A stretch of 64,000 nucleotides of DNA from Gammaproteobacteria bacterium (GCA_026706595.1 JAPOYL010000011.1:146946-210945); one strand, 5' to 3'; shown: positions 11,118-23,566, counted from the stretch's first letter. The notes: a model not told the origin generated them from the letters alone. A program made the numbers and translations.

Positions 11118-12940
11118 GCAGACCGGCCGTGCCGTCCATTCAGCATTTACCCCCACAGCTTGTTAACCAGATTGCAGCAGGCGAGGTTATCGAACGTCCC
11201 GCGTCGGTCCTAAAGGAGCTTCTTGAAAATGCCCTGGATGCGGGTGCTACAAGAGTCTCGGTCGAACTCGAGCGCGGTGGAATGGAGTGCATACGGGTAC
11301 GTGATGACGGCAATGGCATACCCGGGGAAGAAATTCCGCTGGCCCTGCAACGCCATGCGACCAGCAAGATTTCGTGTCTGGAAGATCTTGAGCAAATTAC
11401 TACCTTGGGATTTCGTGGCGAGGCCTTGCCCAGCATTGCCTCGGTGTCCAGGTTCAGTATTGCCTCCAATCCCGAGACCACCACCAACGAAGGCTGGATG
11501 ATCTCGGCAGAAGGCGGGGAATTTGTACAGGATGCAGTGCCGGCACGCCAGGCCAAGGGCACGATGGTGGAGGTCAAAAACCTGTTTTTCAATGTGCCTG
11601 CCCGCAAGAAATTTCTGCGCACCGAGAAAACCGAATGGCAACACTGTCAATCCATGCTGCTCAGGATTGCCCTGAGCCGATTCGACATCGAGATGTCGGT
11701 CCAACACAATGGCAGGCACTGCCTGCAACTCGATGCAGCTGAGGACAAGCCTGACAGGGTCCGGCGCCTGCGCCAGGCATGCGGACAGAAATTTGCGCAG
11801 CAAAGCATCGCTCTGGAAAATTCCGCACAGGATCTGCACATGGATGGCTGGATCAGCCTGCCCACGTTCTCACGCAGCCAGGCGGACCTGCAGTACTTCT
11901 ATGTGAACGGTCGTGCCATACGGGACAAGGTGGTCGCGCACGCCATCAAGCAGGCCTATCAGGACGTGCTGTATCACGGACGGTTCCCTGCCTTTGTGCT
12001 GTTCCTGGAAATGGACCCTGCCCAGGTGGATGTCAATGCCCACCCCATGAAGCATGAAGTGCGTTTCCGCCAGGGTCGGTATGTGCATGACTTTGTCCGG
12101 CACACGGTGGGCAAGGCGATCGCAGAAACCATGCCTGAGTCCGGGCAGCAGGATGTCGGAAAATACCGTGATGTCGTGGATGACTATGCGCACACCCCCC
12201 AGTCCGGCATGTTGCCCCGCAGTGTCATGGGGGATGGATTGCCGGGTACACCTTCCATGGCCTCCCAGCTGCAGGCTGCGGCCGGACTGTACGGGGATAC
12301 GGCGATGGAACGGGCACACACTGCCGGTTCCGAGGAGGACGAGAAGTCGATGCCACCGCTGGGCTATGCCCTGGCCCAGCTGCAGGGAATTTACATACTT
12401 GCGCAGAATGACCAGGGCCTGATCATCGTGGACATGCATGCCGCGCATGAACGCATCGTGTACGAGAAGCTGAAAACGGCTTTTCAGCAGCAGGGAGTTC
12501 CCGTGCAGGCCCTGCTTGTTCCCCTGACCCTTGAACTCAGTCAGCAGGAAGCGGCCCTGGCTGAACAGCAGGCACAGCTGTTTTCGAAATTCGGTTTCGG
12601 AGTTGAACGGTTCGGCAACGAGAGTGTGGTCATACGGGAAATTCCGGCATTGCTGCAGCAGGGCGAGATCGACGTCGGGAGTCTGGTCCGGGATGTGTTG
12701 TCGGACTTGGGCGAATACGATGCTTCGGGAAGGCTGGAGCAGGCCAGCAACGAGATCCTGTCGACCATGGCGTGCCATGGTTCCGTGCGCGCCAACCGCA
12801 AGCTGATGATCACTGAAATGAACGCCTTGTTGCGCGACATGGAAGCGACGGAACGAAGTGCACAGTGTAACCATGGACGTCCTACCTGGATGCAGTTGAG
12901 CGTGGGCCAGCTGGACAAGCTGTTCAAGCGTGGGCGCTGA
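11114..12940 (+). CDS. mutL: DNA mismatch repair protein MutL
   Basis: NQIAAGEVIERP, GFRGEAL, DMHAAHER, ACH, CNHGRPT. Confidence 0.98.
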   Translation: MSRPAVPSIQHLPPQLVNQIAAGEVIERPASVLKELLENALDAGATRVSVELERGGMECIRVRDDGNGIPGEEIPLALQRHATSKISCLEDLEQITTLGFRGEALPSIASVSRFSIASNPETTTNEGWMISAEGGEFVQDAVPARQAKGTMVEVKNLFFNVPARKKFLRTEKTEWQHCQSMLLRIALSRFDIEMSVQHNGRHCLQLDAAEDKPDRVRRLRQACGQKFAQQSIALENSAQDLHMDGWISLPTFSRSQADLQYFYVNGRAIRDKVVAHAIKQAYQDVLYHGRFPAFVLFLEMDPAQVDVNAHPMKHEVRFRQGRYVHDFVRHTVGKAIAETMPESGQQDVGKYRDVVDDYAHTPQSGMLPRSVMGDGLPGTPSMASQLQAAAGLYGDTAMERAHTAGSEEDEKSMPPLGYALAQLQGIYILAQNDQGLIIVDMHAAHERIVYEKLKTAFQQQGVPVQALLVPLTLELSQQEAALAEQQAQLFSKFGFGVERFGNESVVIREIPALLQQGEIDVGSLVRDVLSDLGEYDASGRLEQASNEILSTMACHGSVRANRKLMITEMNALLRDMEATERSAQCNHGRPTWMQLSVGQLDKLFKRGR

Positions 12941-12985
12941 CATGGCAAACCATGCGCGGGGCCTGCGAGCCTGAATTCAAGAGCG

Positions 12986-13951
12986 TTGGATGCGATACCA
13001 GCAGTTTGCCTGATGGGCCCGACGGCCAGTGGCAAGACCGGCCTTGCATTGAGGATTGCAGCAGAGTTCCCGTGCGAGATCATCAGCGTGGACTCGGTCA
13101 TGATTTACCGTGGCATGGACATCGGTTCTGCCAAACCGGACAAGACCGTCCTGCAAACTGTGCCCCACCACCTGATTGACATCCTTGACCCTGCTGAAAC
13201 CTATTCGGCGGCAAATTTCAGGACCGATGCACTGCGGCAGATCCGTGCCATCCATGCACGCAAACACATTCCTTTGCTGGTGGGCGGTACCATGCTTTAT
13301 TTCAATAGCCTGTTGCGTGGCCTGTCCAACATGCCCGGAGCCAACGCCCAGGTCCGGGAAAAGATCAACCGCGAGGCAAAAACGCATGGCTGGGAAGCCC
13401 TGCATGCGCGCCTTGCCCGGATCGATCCGAAGGCGGCCGCCCAGATTCATCCGAATGATCCGCAGCGCATACAGCGAGCCCTGGAAGTCTATGAGATCAG
13501 CGGCATTCCGATCAGTGTGTGGCATGCAAAACCCGGGGCGCCACGACCGGTATTTCAGGCGTTGAAAATTGCGCTGGTCCCGGAAGACCGCAGCCGGTTG
13601 CATGAACGTATCTGGCAGCGTTTTGAGGTCATGCTGGCAGACGGATTCCTCGACGAGGTGGAAACATTGCAGCGCAGGGAGGAGTTGCACAGCGGCTTGC
13701 CGTCGATCCGCTCGGTCGGCTACAGGCAGGCCTGGAGTCACCTCGCCGGTGAGTATGGTTACGAGGAAATGTGTGAGAAAGCGGTCGCTGCCACACGCCA
13801 GTTTGCGAAAAGGCAACTGACCTGGTTACGCGGCGAAACGGACCTGACCCGGGTGTGCGCCGAGCAATTCGATATTGGTAATATCTATCGTACAATTGAC
13901 TCCCATATAGGAACATCGACCTGTTACACTACAGGGACACCGAGCCGGTGA
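12986..13951 (+). CDS. miaA: tRNA dimethylallyltransferase
   Basis: GPTASGKT, DSVMIYRGMDIGSAKP, VGGTMLY, AKRQLTW. Confidence 0.97.
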   Translation: MDAIPAVCLMGPTASGKTGLALRIAAEFPCEIISVDSVMIYRGMDIGSAKPDKTVLQTVPHHLIDILDPAETYSAANFRTDALRQIRAIHARKHIPLLVGGTMLYFNSLLRGLSNMPGANAQVREKINREAKTHGWEALHARLARIDPKAAAQIHPNDPQRIQRALEVYEISGIPISVWHAKPGAPRPVFQALKIALVPEDRSRLHERIWQRFEVMLADGFLDEVETLQRREELHSGLPSIRSVGYRQAWSHLAGEYGYEEMCEKAVAATRQFAKRQLTWLRGETDLTRVCAEQFDIGNIYRTIDSHIGTSTCYTTGTPSR

Positions 13952-14011
13952 GGGTACAACTCGCTAGTAGGTAGTAATAACAATACAAAATAAACTAGAG
14001 GTACTACAGTG

Positions 14012-14248
14012 ATGTCAAAAGGCCAAACTTTGCAGGAGCCTTTTCTGAATGCACTGCGGAAAGAGAAGGTTCCCGTTTCAGTCTATCTCGTAAACGGAAT
14101 CAAGCTACAGGGCCAGGTTGACTCTTTCGATCAATTTGTGGTGTTGTTGAAAAACAGTGTGAACCAGATGGTCTATAAGCATGCGATATCAACGATTGTT
14201 CCGTCGCGCATGGTGAAAATCCCCTATAACGACGAGCGCCGGGAGTAG
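14012..14248 (+). CDS. hfq: RNA chaperone Hfq
   Basis: [29 protein letters not shown]. Confidence 0.98.
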   Translation: MSKGQTLQEPFLNALRKEKVPVSVYLVNGIKLQGQVDSFDQFVVLLKNSVNQMVYKHAISTIVPSRMVKIPYNDERRE

Positions 14249-14285
14249 CAACACCTGGTGAATTGCAGCAGACCGGAGCAATTGT

Positions 14286-15569
14286 TTGTTTGAGCGCCCT
14301 GATACAGGCGAGCGCGTGATCCTCGTGCATACGCGGTTTCGAAGCGTAGCCAACAATCAGGAACTGAACGAATTCGAGGAACTGGCCCGTTCGGTCAGTG
14401 CGGAAATTGCCACCGTCATCACGGTGCAGCGTGACAAGCCGGACGCAAAGCTTCTGATTGGCAGCGGCAAGGCGGCTGAGCTGGCTCAGCTGGCCTGCCT
14501 GCTGAATGCAGATATCATCATCTTCAACTATGCCTTGTCTCCGAGCCAGGAACGCAACCTAGAAAAAATCTGCAAGAGGCGGGTGCTGGACAGAACCGGA
14601 CTGATCCTGGATATCTTCGCGCAGCGCGCACGTTCCTATGAGGGCAAGTTGCAGGTTGAACTTGCGCAACTGAAATACCTTTCCACCCGGTTGATACGCG
14701 GGTGGAGTCACCTGGAACGCCAGAAAGGGGGGATTGGACTGCGTGGACCGGGGGAGAAGCAGCTGGAATCAGACCGGAGGCTGCTGCGACAGCGCATCAA
14801 GCAAATTTCCAAACGCCTGGAGAAAATACGCATCCAGCGCAACCAGGGACGGGCCGCGCGACGCAAGACCACGACCCCCACCGTGGCGCTGGTCGGCTAT
14901 ACCAATGCAGGGAAATCCACGCTGTTCAACCAGCTTACCAATGCGGACGTGTACTCCGCGGACAAGCTGTTCGCGACCCTGGATCCTACCCTGCGACGCA
15001 TGGAACTTTCGAAAAGCCGGCATGTCGTACTGGCGGATACAGTCGGCTTTATCCAGGACCTGCCGCATGACCTGATTGAAGCGTTTCATGCGACACTTCA
15101 GGAGACCGGGGAAGCCGATCTGCTGTTGCATATTGTGGATGCCGGGGATGACAACCGGACGCATAATATTCTGGAGGTCGAATCCGTGCTGCGGCAGATT
15201 GATGCTTTGGATATACCCCAGATTATGGTTTACAATAAGATTGATCTGATCAACATGTTGCCCAACATACAGCTGGACTCGCAGGGTCGCATACAGCAGG
15301 TGTGGGTATCTGCGCTACAGGGGCAGGGCCTGGATCTGCTGAAACAGGCGTTGCGGCAGCATTTTGACATTCAGTGTGAGTGTATCTGGCTGCGCCTGCC
15401 GCCCACTGCAGGCCACATTCGCAGCGAGTTGTACGCCAAAGATCATGTCGTGCAGGAATTTGTCGATGATGAAGGGCATTGGCAGATCGAAGCCGAGGTA
15501 CCTGCACAAAGAGTCAAGCATTTTGCAGACTACCAGATTGCAGTGCAGTCTGAGCAGCTTGCAGGTTGA
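14286..15569 (+). CDS. hflX: Ribosome rescue GTPase HflX
   Basis: GYTNAGKSTL, LFATLDPT, DTVGFI, NKID. Confidence 0.97.
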   Translation: MFERPDTGERVILVHTRFRSVANNQELNEFEELARSVSAEIATVITVQRDKPDAKLLIGSGKAAELAQLACLLNADIIIFNYALSPSQERNLEKICKRRVLDRTGLILDIFAQRARSYEGKLQVELAQLKYLSTRLIRGWSHLERQKGGIGLRGPGEKQLESDRRLLRQRIKQISKRLEKIRIQRNQGRAARRKTTTPTVALVGYTNAGKSTLFNQLTNADVYSADKLFATLDPTLRRMELSKSRHVVLADTVGFIQDLPHDLIEAFHATLQETGEADLLLHIVDAGDDNRTHNILEVESVLRQIDALDIPQIMVYNKIDLINMLPNIQLDSQGRIQQVWVSALQGQGLDLLKQALRQHFDIQCECIWLRLPPTAGHIRSELYAKDHVVQEFVDDEGHWQIEAEVPAQRVKHFADYQIAVQSEQLAG

Positions 15570-15654
15570 AGCCACTTTTTGACGGTAGCTTGATACAATA
15601 CCTAATTGCTTCAGAGTTGAAGCATGGGTTCAGTAATCATTCTTGGAGAAAACC

Positions 15655-16797
15655 ATGCCCTGGAACAGCCCGCAAGGCGGCAAAGATGATGACCCCTGGG
15701 GTCAGAAGTCGAGCAATCAAGGGCCACCGGACCTGGACGAGGTATTCCGCAACCTAGGCAAGAAATTTGGCGGAATTTTCGGTTCCGGCATGCAACGCGG
15801 TTCGTCGGGTCCTAAAAGGCCCTACCTGTGGCTTACACTGGCGGCAGTCGTTGCGATCTGGGGCGTGTACGACCGGTTTGGATTCTACACCGTGCAGCAG
15901 GCGGAAAGAGGCGTTGAGTTGCGCTTCGGCAAATACAGCGAGACTACGACTGCGGGACTTAACTGGAAGATGCCGTTTCCGATTGAACGGGTTGAAATCG
16001 TCAACATCGATGAAGTGCGTGAAGTCAACAACAAGACCTCGATGCTGACGCAGGACGAAAACATCGTCGAGGTATCACTGGAGGCCCAGTACAGGATCAA
16101 GAGCGCGGAGGACTACCTGTTCAATCTTCGTGATCCTGACATGACGGTGAAAGATGCCATGGAGAGTGCGGTGCGCGAGATCGTGGGTAAGAGCACCATC
16201 GACTTTGTCCTGTTCGAAGGACGCGGCCAGATTTCGAGCGCCACGCGAGAACTGTTGCAGGGCATCATGGACGAGTACGGATCCGGTATCTACATCCAGA
16301 AGGTGAACCTGGAGAAATCCCAGCCGCCCGATCCGGTGAAGGCAGCGTTTTCCGATGCGATCAAATCCCGGGAGGACTATGAACGCTATATCAAGGAAGC
16401 CGAGGCCTATGCGAACAGCATCCTTCCCCAGGCGCGCGGCGAGGCCGCCAGGCTCCTGCAGGAAGCCAATGCCTATCGTGACCGAGTGGTCGCGAATTCG
16501 GAGGGCGAGGCCAAGCGGTTCCTGAAATTGTTGGGTGAGTATGAAAAGGCTCCTGAAGTGACACGTGAGCGCCTGTATCTTGAGGCGGTGGAATCGGTGT
16601 ATGCCAACAGCAACAAGCTGCTCATGGATGTAGAGGGCGGGAACAACCTGATTTACCTGCCACTGGACCAGATCGTCAGGCAGCGCTCCATGCCGGGTAA
16701 TCCGGGCGCCATCCAGGACCGGCTGTCTCCGGAAGTCGGCATGAACAACTCGCAAAGTGGTTTGACACGGCCCGGGCGGGGCAGGGGGGAGCGCTGA
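15655..16797 (+). CDS. hflK: FtsH protease modulator HflK
   Basis: MPWN..DPWG..GPPDLDE, SPFH domain, APEVTRERLY. Confidence 0.96.
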   Translation: MPWNSPQGGKDDDPWGQKSSNQGPPDLDEVFRNLGKKFGGIFGSGMQRGSSGPKRPYLWLTLAAVVAIWGVYDRFGFYTVQQAERGVELRFGKYSETTTAGLNWKMPFPIERVEIVNIDEVREVNNKTSMLTQDENIVEVSLEAQYRIKSAEDYLFNLRDPDMTVKDAMESAVREIVGKSTIDFVLFEGRGQISSATRELLQGIMDEYGSGIYIQKVNLEKSQPPDPVKAAFSDAIKSREDYERYIKEAEAYANSILPQARGEAARLLQEANAYRDRVVANSEGEAKRFLKLLGEYEKAPEVTRERLYLEAVESVYANSNKLLMDVEGGNNLIYLPLDQIVRQRSMPGNPGAIQDRLSPEVGMNNSQSGLTRPGRGRGER

Positions 16798-16798
16798 C

Positions 16799-17662
16799 AT
16801 GAACGGCAAGGTGGCTCTTGGAATTGTGATTGCGACCATCGTTGCGATCTGGGCATTCACCTTCCAGGTCGATCAGCGGCAGAAAGCCATCAAGGTGCAG
16901 TTTGGCGAAATCAAGGACGCTACGCTTAAGCCAGGCCTGCACTTCAAGATTCCCATCGTGCACAAGATCAGACGCAACGACGGGCGCATTCTCACGCTGG
17001 ATGTTCCTCCTACCGAGTTTCCGACGAGCGAGAAAAAATACGTCAAGGTTGATTTCTACGCCAAGTGGCGCATCGAGGATGTGGAGAAGTACTTCATTGC
17101 CACGGGGGGGCAGGAAACGCGGGCAAACCAGCGCCTGGAACTGATCCTGGTGGATGGCCTCAAGAACGAATTCGGAAAGCGCACGATCCAGGAGGTAGTC
17201 TCCGGCGAGCGCAGTGAAATCATGGATGTCATCCAGGTGCAGTCCAACGAAGACGCCAAGAAGTTCGGCATCCAGGTGGTGGACGTGCGTGTCAGCAAGA
17301 TTGACCTGCCGGATGATGTGAGCGATTCGGTGTTCAACCGCATGCGTGCGGAGCGTGCCCGGGTTGCCAAGGACTTCCGTGCACGCGGGAAAGAACAGGC
17401 AGAAATTATCCAGGCCACGGCGGACAAGGGGCGTACTATCATTCTGGCCAACGCCTACAACGAGTCCGAGCAAATCCGCGGGGATGGAGATGCACAGTCG
17501 GCAAAGATCTACGCCGATGCGTACCAGCGTAACGAGGAGTTCTACCGGTTTACGAGGAGCCTGAAGGCGTACATCAACACGTTCAGCGGCAGCAACGATT
17601 TCCTGATCATGCAGCCGGATTCCGAGTTCTTCCGTTACTTCAAGCAGTCGGAAAAAAACTAG
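16799..17662 (+). CDS. hflC: FtsH protease modulator HflC
   Basis: PGLHFKIP, RMRAER, FYRFTRSL, PDSEFFRYF. Confidence 0.96.
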   Translation: MNGKVALGIVIATIVAIWAFTFQVDQRQKAIKVQFGEIKDATLKPGLHFKIPIVHKIRRNDGRILTLDVPPTEFPTSEKKYVKVDFYAKWRIEDVEKYFIATGGQETRANQRLELILVDGLKNEFGKRTIQEVVSGERSEIMDVIQVQSNEDAKKFGIQVVDVRVSKIDLPDDVSDSVFNRMRAERARVAKDFRARGKEQAEIIQATADKGRTIILANAYNESEQIRGDGDAQSAKIYADAYQRNEEFYRFTRSLKAYINTFSGSNDFLIMQPDSEFFRYFKQSEKN

Positions 17663-17687
17663 CAGTTTTTCCGGCTAACCTGTTTCA

Positions 17688-17882
17688 ATGTGGAATGAAT
17701 TACTGGTCGCAGTTGCACTGGTGCTTGTGCTTGAAGGTATTTTCCCTTTTCTGGCACCGGAAAAATTCAAGCAGGCGCTGTCCCAGCTGGACGAGTTGTC
17801 CGGCCAGGCCCTTCGCATTGCCGGCCTGGCCAGCATCACGATCGGAATCATTCTCCTGTACGTTCTCAGACCTGGTGGATGA
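17688..17882 (+). CDS. DUF2065 (YjeT) small membrane protein
   Basis: ALVLVLEGI.PFL.P..LR..GL pattern; position after hflC. Confidence 0.88.
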   Translation: MWNELLVAVALVLVLEGIFPFLAPEKFKQALSQLDELSGQALRIAGLASITIGIILLYVLRPGG

Positions 17883-17888
17883 GACGCC

Positions 17889-19073
17889 ATGAGTGAGCGC
17901 AACCGCTGGCTGTTGCCGGAAGGGATCGAGGAGTCGTTGCCGGATGAGGCTGCATGGCTTGAGCACTACCGGCGTGCCCTGCTCGACATGTTTTCCACGT
18001 GGGGATATGAACTCGTGATTCCACCCCTCATCGAATACCTGGAATCCCTGCTGGTAGGTCCCAGCGACGACCTTGACCTGCAGACATTCAAGGTCACGGA
18101 CCAGCTGACCGGACGCATGATGGGCATACGGGCTGACATGACCCCGCAGGTTGCCCGCATCGATGCCCACAGGCTGCGCCAGGATGCCCCGGCACGCTTT
18201 TGCTACCTGGGAACGGTCCTGCACACCCGGCCCGGAGGGCGCGACATGACGCGCAGCCCCCTGCAGCTGGGTGCGGAGCTGTATGGTCATGCCGGTGCGG
18301 ACAGTGATCTTGAGGTGATCTGCCTGATGCTCGAGGCCTTGCGGCTGGTAGGGATCGAGAATATTTGCCTGGACTTGGGGCATGTGGGCGTGTTTGAAGA
18401 TCTGGTGAAGCAGGCCGGTCTCGGGGAAGATCAGTGCAGGGCTTTGCTGGCACTTCTGGAGCAAAGGGCCTTGCCGGAGTACGAGCAGCTGTTGTCGGAG
18501 TGTTCGCTTGCCGAGAACTGGAGAAAAATCCTGCTCGCACTTTCCGATCTCAGCGGGGGTGAAGAGGTGATTGGCCAGGCAAGAGAGGTGCTGCAGGGGA
18601 CGGGCGGGAAGGCGATCGAGCATGTCGATTATGTCGAGGCCCTGTCTGAAAGGATCAGGCAGCGCGTTGCGGGAATCCAGTTGCATTTCGATTTCGCGGC
18701 CCTGAGTGGCTATCACTATGAAAATGGTGCCGTATTTGCCGCATATATCTCCGGACAAGGGGAGCAGATTGCCCGCGGTGGCCGGTATGACATGATCGGG
18801 CAGGTATTCGGGCACTCGCGCCCGGCGACCGGTTTCAGTCTAGACCTGAAAGCCCTGGCAAAGATTTCCCCGCTTGCGGAGCCCGCACGGCCTGGAATAT
18901 TTGCCCCCTGCGATGAAGACCCCGAGCTGCATGCGGCCATCGACCGGCTGAGAAGTCAGGGCGAGCGGGTCATTCGCGGGTTGCACGGACAACAGGGCGG
19001 TCCGCAGGCGATGCACTGTGACCGCGTGCTGGAAAAACAAGACCACCAGTGGTGTGTCAGAGGAGTGGGTTGA
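17889..19073 (+). CDS. hisZ: ATP phosphoribosyltransferase regulatory subunit
   Basis: RWLLPEGIEE.LP, RADMTPQVARIDAH, GGRYD, RPATGFS. Confidence 0.95.
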   Translation: MSERNRWLLPEGIEESLPDEAAWLEHYRRALLDMFSTWGYELVIPPLIEYLESLLVGPSDDLDLQTFKVTDQLTGRMMGIRADMTPQVARIDAHRLRQDAPARFCYLGTVLHTRPGGRDMTRSPLQLGAELYGHAGADSDLEVICLMLEALRLVGIENICLDLGHVGVFEDLVKQAGLGEDQCRALLALLEQRALPEYEQLLSECSLAENWRKILLALSDLSGGEEVIGQAREVLQGTGGKAIEHVDYVEALSERIRQRVAGIQLHFDFAALSGYHYENGAVFAAYISGQGEQIARGGRYDMIGQVFGHSRPATGFSLDLKALAKISPLAEPARPGIFAPCDEDPELHAAIDRLRSQGERVIRGLHGQQGGPQAMHCDRVLEKQDHQWCVRGVG

Positions 19074-20369
<1,296 letters not shown>

Positions 20370-20445
20370 CGCCCGCCGCATCGCAAGGGGTAATCCTGCC
20401 AGTGCATGACGGGCCAAAAGAAGTTGGATTGATACGGAGGTGGAG

Positions 20446-20952
20446 ATGAATTTTTTGCGTTATCTGTGCGCGGTTGTGTTGTCCCTGGGGCTTGGAGCCG
20501 TTGTCGGCCATGCCGACCCTGAACGTGCAGCCCCGCAATCCTGGCCCAACAAGATCTGGCTGGACGTGTACAAAAGCCCGACCTGCGGCTGCTGTACCAA
20601 GTGGGTGGACCATGCACAAGCCAACGGTTTTGATACAGCGGTCCATCATCCGAAAGATCTGGCCCAAGTCAAAGACGAGTATGCGATTGCTTCTGACCAT
20701 TGGGCCTGCCACACTGCAGTCTCCGAAGACGGCTATGTGTTCGAAGGGCACATCCCGGCCCGGTACATCCGCGAGTTTTTCGCAAGCCCGCCCAAGGGCG
20801 CGATGGGCCTTGCAGTCCCCAGGATGCCCGTTGGCAGTCCGGGAATGGAGACGGAAAACAAGTTTTCTCCCTACCAGGTGCTGTTACTCAAGGCCAACGG
20901 TGAAAGCGAGGTATTTGCAGAAGTCAAAAGCGCACAGGAGCAGTATCGTTGA
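20446..20952 (+). CDS. DUF411 (CopG-like) periplasmic metal-binding protein
   Basis: Signal peptide, YKSPTCGCC, CHTA, EGHIP, MPVGSPGME. Confidence 0.9.
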   Translation: MNFLRYLCAVVLSLGLGAVVGHADPERAAPQSWPNKIWLDVYKSPTCGCCTKWVDHAQANGFDTAVHHPKDLAQVKDEYAIASDHWACHTAVSEDGYVFEGHIPARYIREFFASPPKGAMGLAVPRMPVGSPGMETENKFSPYQVLLLKANGESEVFAEVKSAQEQYR

Positions 20953-20994
20953 CCAAGTGATGTCTTGCTTGCTGGCCAGGATGGCCGGTTTGTC

Positions 20995-21081
20995 TGGTGC
21001 CGAGGAGAGGACTCGAACCTCCATGGGATTGCTCCCACTAGCACCTGAAGCTAGCGCGTCTACCAATTTCGCCACCTCGGC
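20995..21081 (-). tRNA. tRNA-Leu(CAG)
   Basis: Reverse complement GCCGAGGTGGCGAAATTGGTAGACGCG CTAGC TTCAGGT GCTAG, long variable arm, GTTCGAGTCCTCTCCTCGGCACCA. Confidence 0.97.
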
Positions 21082-21234
21082 ATTTTCCAGTCCTGGGCCG
21101 GTTCTGGCCCGCCGGAAGGTGGGCACTTTACGAAGCGCCCGGATACTTGTCAACGCGACTCATGGCGATATGGCCGGCCCGACGGAATCGGGAAGTTTCC
21201 GGTTTTCAGTGCGAAAAGGTAAAGTGCATCCCCC

Positions 21235-23457
21235 ATGACAAGGAAGAAAAAGAAACTCAAGGACCCCTACAGCCGGCGCGAGGCTGCAAAATACGAGCAC
21301 CCGATCGCCAGCCGGGAGTTTATTCTTGACGTGCTCGAAGACAGCAAGGGCCCACTGTCGGCGACAGCCCTGCACCGGGCACTGGACATCCACACGGACA
21401 AGGCTGAGAACGCGTTGAAACGGCGCCTGGTGGCGATGGAGCGCGATGGGCAGATCATACGCAACCGCCAAAACCATTATTTGCCGGTCGCCAAGGTCAA
21501 CCTGGTACGGGGGCGGGTGATGGGCCATACCAACGGCTTCGGTTTTCTGATTCCCGACGAAGGGGGTCCGGATCTTTTCCTATCTCCCCATGAAATGCGC
21601 TCCCTGATGCATGGAGACCGCGTGGTCGTGCGGCCTACCGGGAATTCCAAGAACGACAAACCGCAGGGAAAGCTGGTTGAGATCATCAAGCGTCACAACA
21701 AGCAGATCGTGGGCAGGTACTACCAGGAATCCGGCATCGGATTCGTGGTACCCGATGACAAGCGTCTGGGCCAGGACGTTATGATCCCTGACGGGTCTGC
21801 CGGGAAGGCGGTGAACGGGCAATTCGTGGTGGCCGCCATCGTGGAACCGCCCAACCGCTCGCGACAGGCCATCGGCAAGGTCATCGAGGTGCTCGGAGAC
21901 CACCTTGCTCCCGGTATGGAAATCGATGTCGCGATCCGGTCCTACGATATACCGCATCGCTGGCCCGAGGAGGTGCTGCGTGAAGCGGCTCAATTCCGGA
22001 AAAGCACGATCAAGCAGCAGCTGGGACAACGCAAGGACCTGCGCACACTCAACTTTGTCACCATCGATGGCAGCGATGCCCAGGACTTTGACGATGCGGT
22101 GTACTGCGAGCCGCGCGAAAACGGCTGGCGCCTGTGGGTCGCGATTGCGGATGTCTCGCATTATGTGCAGATGGATTCAGCTCTGGATCTTGAGGCCCGC
22201 AAACGCGGTACCTCGGTGTATTTTCCGGAGCGCGTGGTGCCCATGCTTCCCGAACGGCTTTCCAACGGACTGTGTTCGCTCAAACCAGACACCGACCGGC
22301 TTTGCATGGTGTGCGAGATGTTTGTCTCCAGGGACGGGGTGCTGAAGCGTTACAGTTTCTACGACGCAGTCATGCGTTCTGCGGCGCGCCTAACCTACGA
22401 GGAAGTCCAGAAGATCCTGTACGACAGGGATAAAAAAACGCGCAAGCGCTTCAGCCATGTCAGGCCTGATCTGGAGCACCTGCAGGGGGCCTTCCGTGCC
22501 CTGAGAAAGCAGCGCAAGAAAAGAGGGGCGATCGACTTCGATACCCAGGAAAGCTTTTTTGAATTCGATGAACACAAGAAGATCAAGGCCATAGTTCCGC
22601 AACAGCGTTTCCAGGCCCACATGATCATTGAAGAATGCATGATCAGCGCAAATATTGCGGCTGCCAGGTTCATCAGCAAACGCAAGCTGCCCACCCTGTA
22701 TCGTGTCCACGACGGTCCGACCGGTGAGAAAACGCGAGAATTGAGGGAGTACCTGCAGACGCTCGGCGTGGGGTTTACCCGGTCCGACAAACCCCGGAGC
22801 GAAGATTATCTGGCAACGCTGAAGAAAATCTCGCATCGCAAGGACCGGCACATCATTGAAATGATGCTGCTTCGTTCCATGGCGCAGGCAGCGTACAGCC
22901 CGGAGAACATCGGACATTTCGGGCTGGCACTGCCCCTGTATGCACATTTCACCTCCCCGATCCGGCGATACCCGGACCTGGTCGTGCATCGAACCATCCG
23001 GCACCTGCTGGAAGCCCGCAAGAAGGATCCGTTTCCGTTTTCCGAAAATGATCTTCTTCTGCTGGGTGAGGAGTGCTCGATGTGCGAGCGCAGGGCCAAC
23101 GATGCCACGCGCGATGTGGATGCCTGGCTCAAGTGCGAGTTCATGCTGGACAAGCTGGGGGAACAGTTTTCGGGCGTGATCAGTTCTGTCACCGCATTCG
23201 GATTTTTTGTCACCCTGGACCACACATTTGTTGAAGGGCTGGTGCACGTGACTTCGCTGGCGAACGACTATTACCACTATGACGAGCCGTCGCGGTGCCT
23301 GTTTGGTGAGCGCAGTAAAAGGCGTTACAGGCTCGGAGATGAGGTGGATGTAATTGTTTCGCGGGTGGGGCTGGATGAGAGAAAAATCGATTTTGTCCTG
23401 CCGGATTCAAGCCGGGACACCAAGCACAGCTCGAGAAAACGGAAAAAACGCCGCTAA
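21235..23457 (+). CDS. rnr: Ribonuclease R
   Basis: TIDG.DA.DFDDA, AIADVSHYV, HFTSPIRRYPDL, S1 domain, basic tail. Confidence 0.97.
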   Translation: MTRKKKKLKDPYSRREAAKYEHPIASREFILDVLEDSKGPLSATALHRALDIHTDKAENALKRRLVAMERDGQIIRNRQNHYLPVAKVNLVRGRVMGHTNGFGFLIPDEGGPDLFLSPHEMRSLMHGDRVVVRPTGNSKNDKPQGKLVEIIKRHNKQIVGRYYQESGIGFVVPDDKRLGQDVMIPDGSAGKAVNGQFVVAAIVEPPNRSRQAIGKVIEVLGDHLAPGMEIDVAIRSYDIPHRWPEEVLREAAQFRKSTIKQQLGQRKDLRTLNFVTIDGSDAQDFDDAVYCEPRENGWRLWVAIADVSHYVQMDSALDLEARKRGTSVYFPERVVPMLPERLSNGLCSLKPDTDRLCMVCEMFVSRDGVLKRYSFYDAVMRSAARLTYEEVQKILYDRDKKTRKRFSHVRPDLEHLQGAFRALRKQRKKRGAIDFDTQESFFEFDEHKKIKAIVPQQRFQAHMIIEECMISANIAAARFISKRKLPTLYRVHDGPTGEKTRELREYLQTLGVGFTRSDKPRSEDYLATLKKISHRKDRHIIEMMLLRSMAQAAYSPENIGHFGLALPLYAHFTSPIRRYPDLVVHRTIRHLLEARKKDPFPFSENDLLLLGEECSMCERRANDATRDVDAWLKCEFMLDKLGEQFSGVISSVTAFGFFVTLDHTFVEGLVHVTSLANDYYHYDEPSRCLFGERSKRRYRLGDEVDVIVSRVGLDERKIDFVLPDSSRDTKHSSRKRKKRR

Positions 23458-23566
23458 AGCCGTTCGCCTACAACGGGAGATCCCGGAATCCTTCAAGCCC
23501 GTTCTCCTGCGGGCTTGCCCGGTGCAGGCTCTTCCCGTAGACTTCGCGATCTCTGAAGGCATCAAC

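Noticed and set aside
20474-21238. 254-aa ORF spanning DUF411 and the tRNA
   Set aside because: Alternative-frame shadow overlapping a clear CDS and tRNA-Leu.
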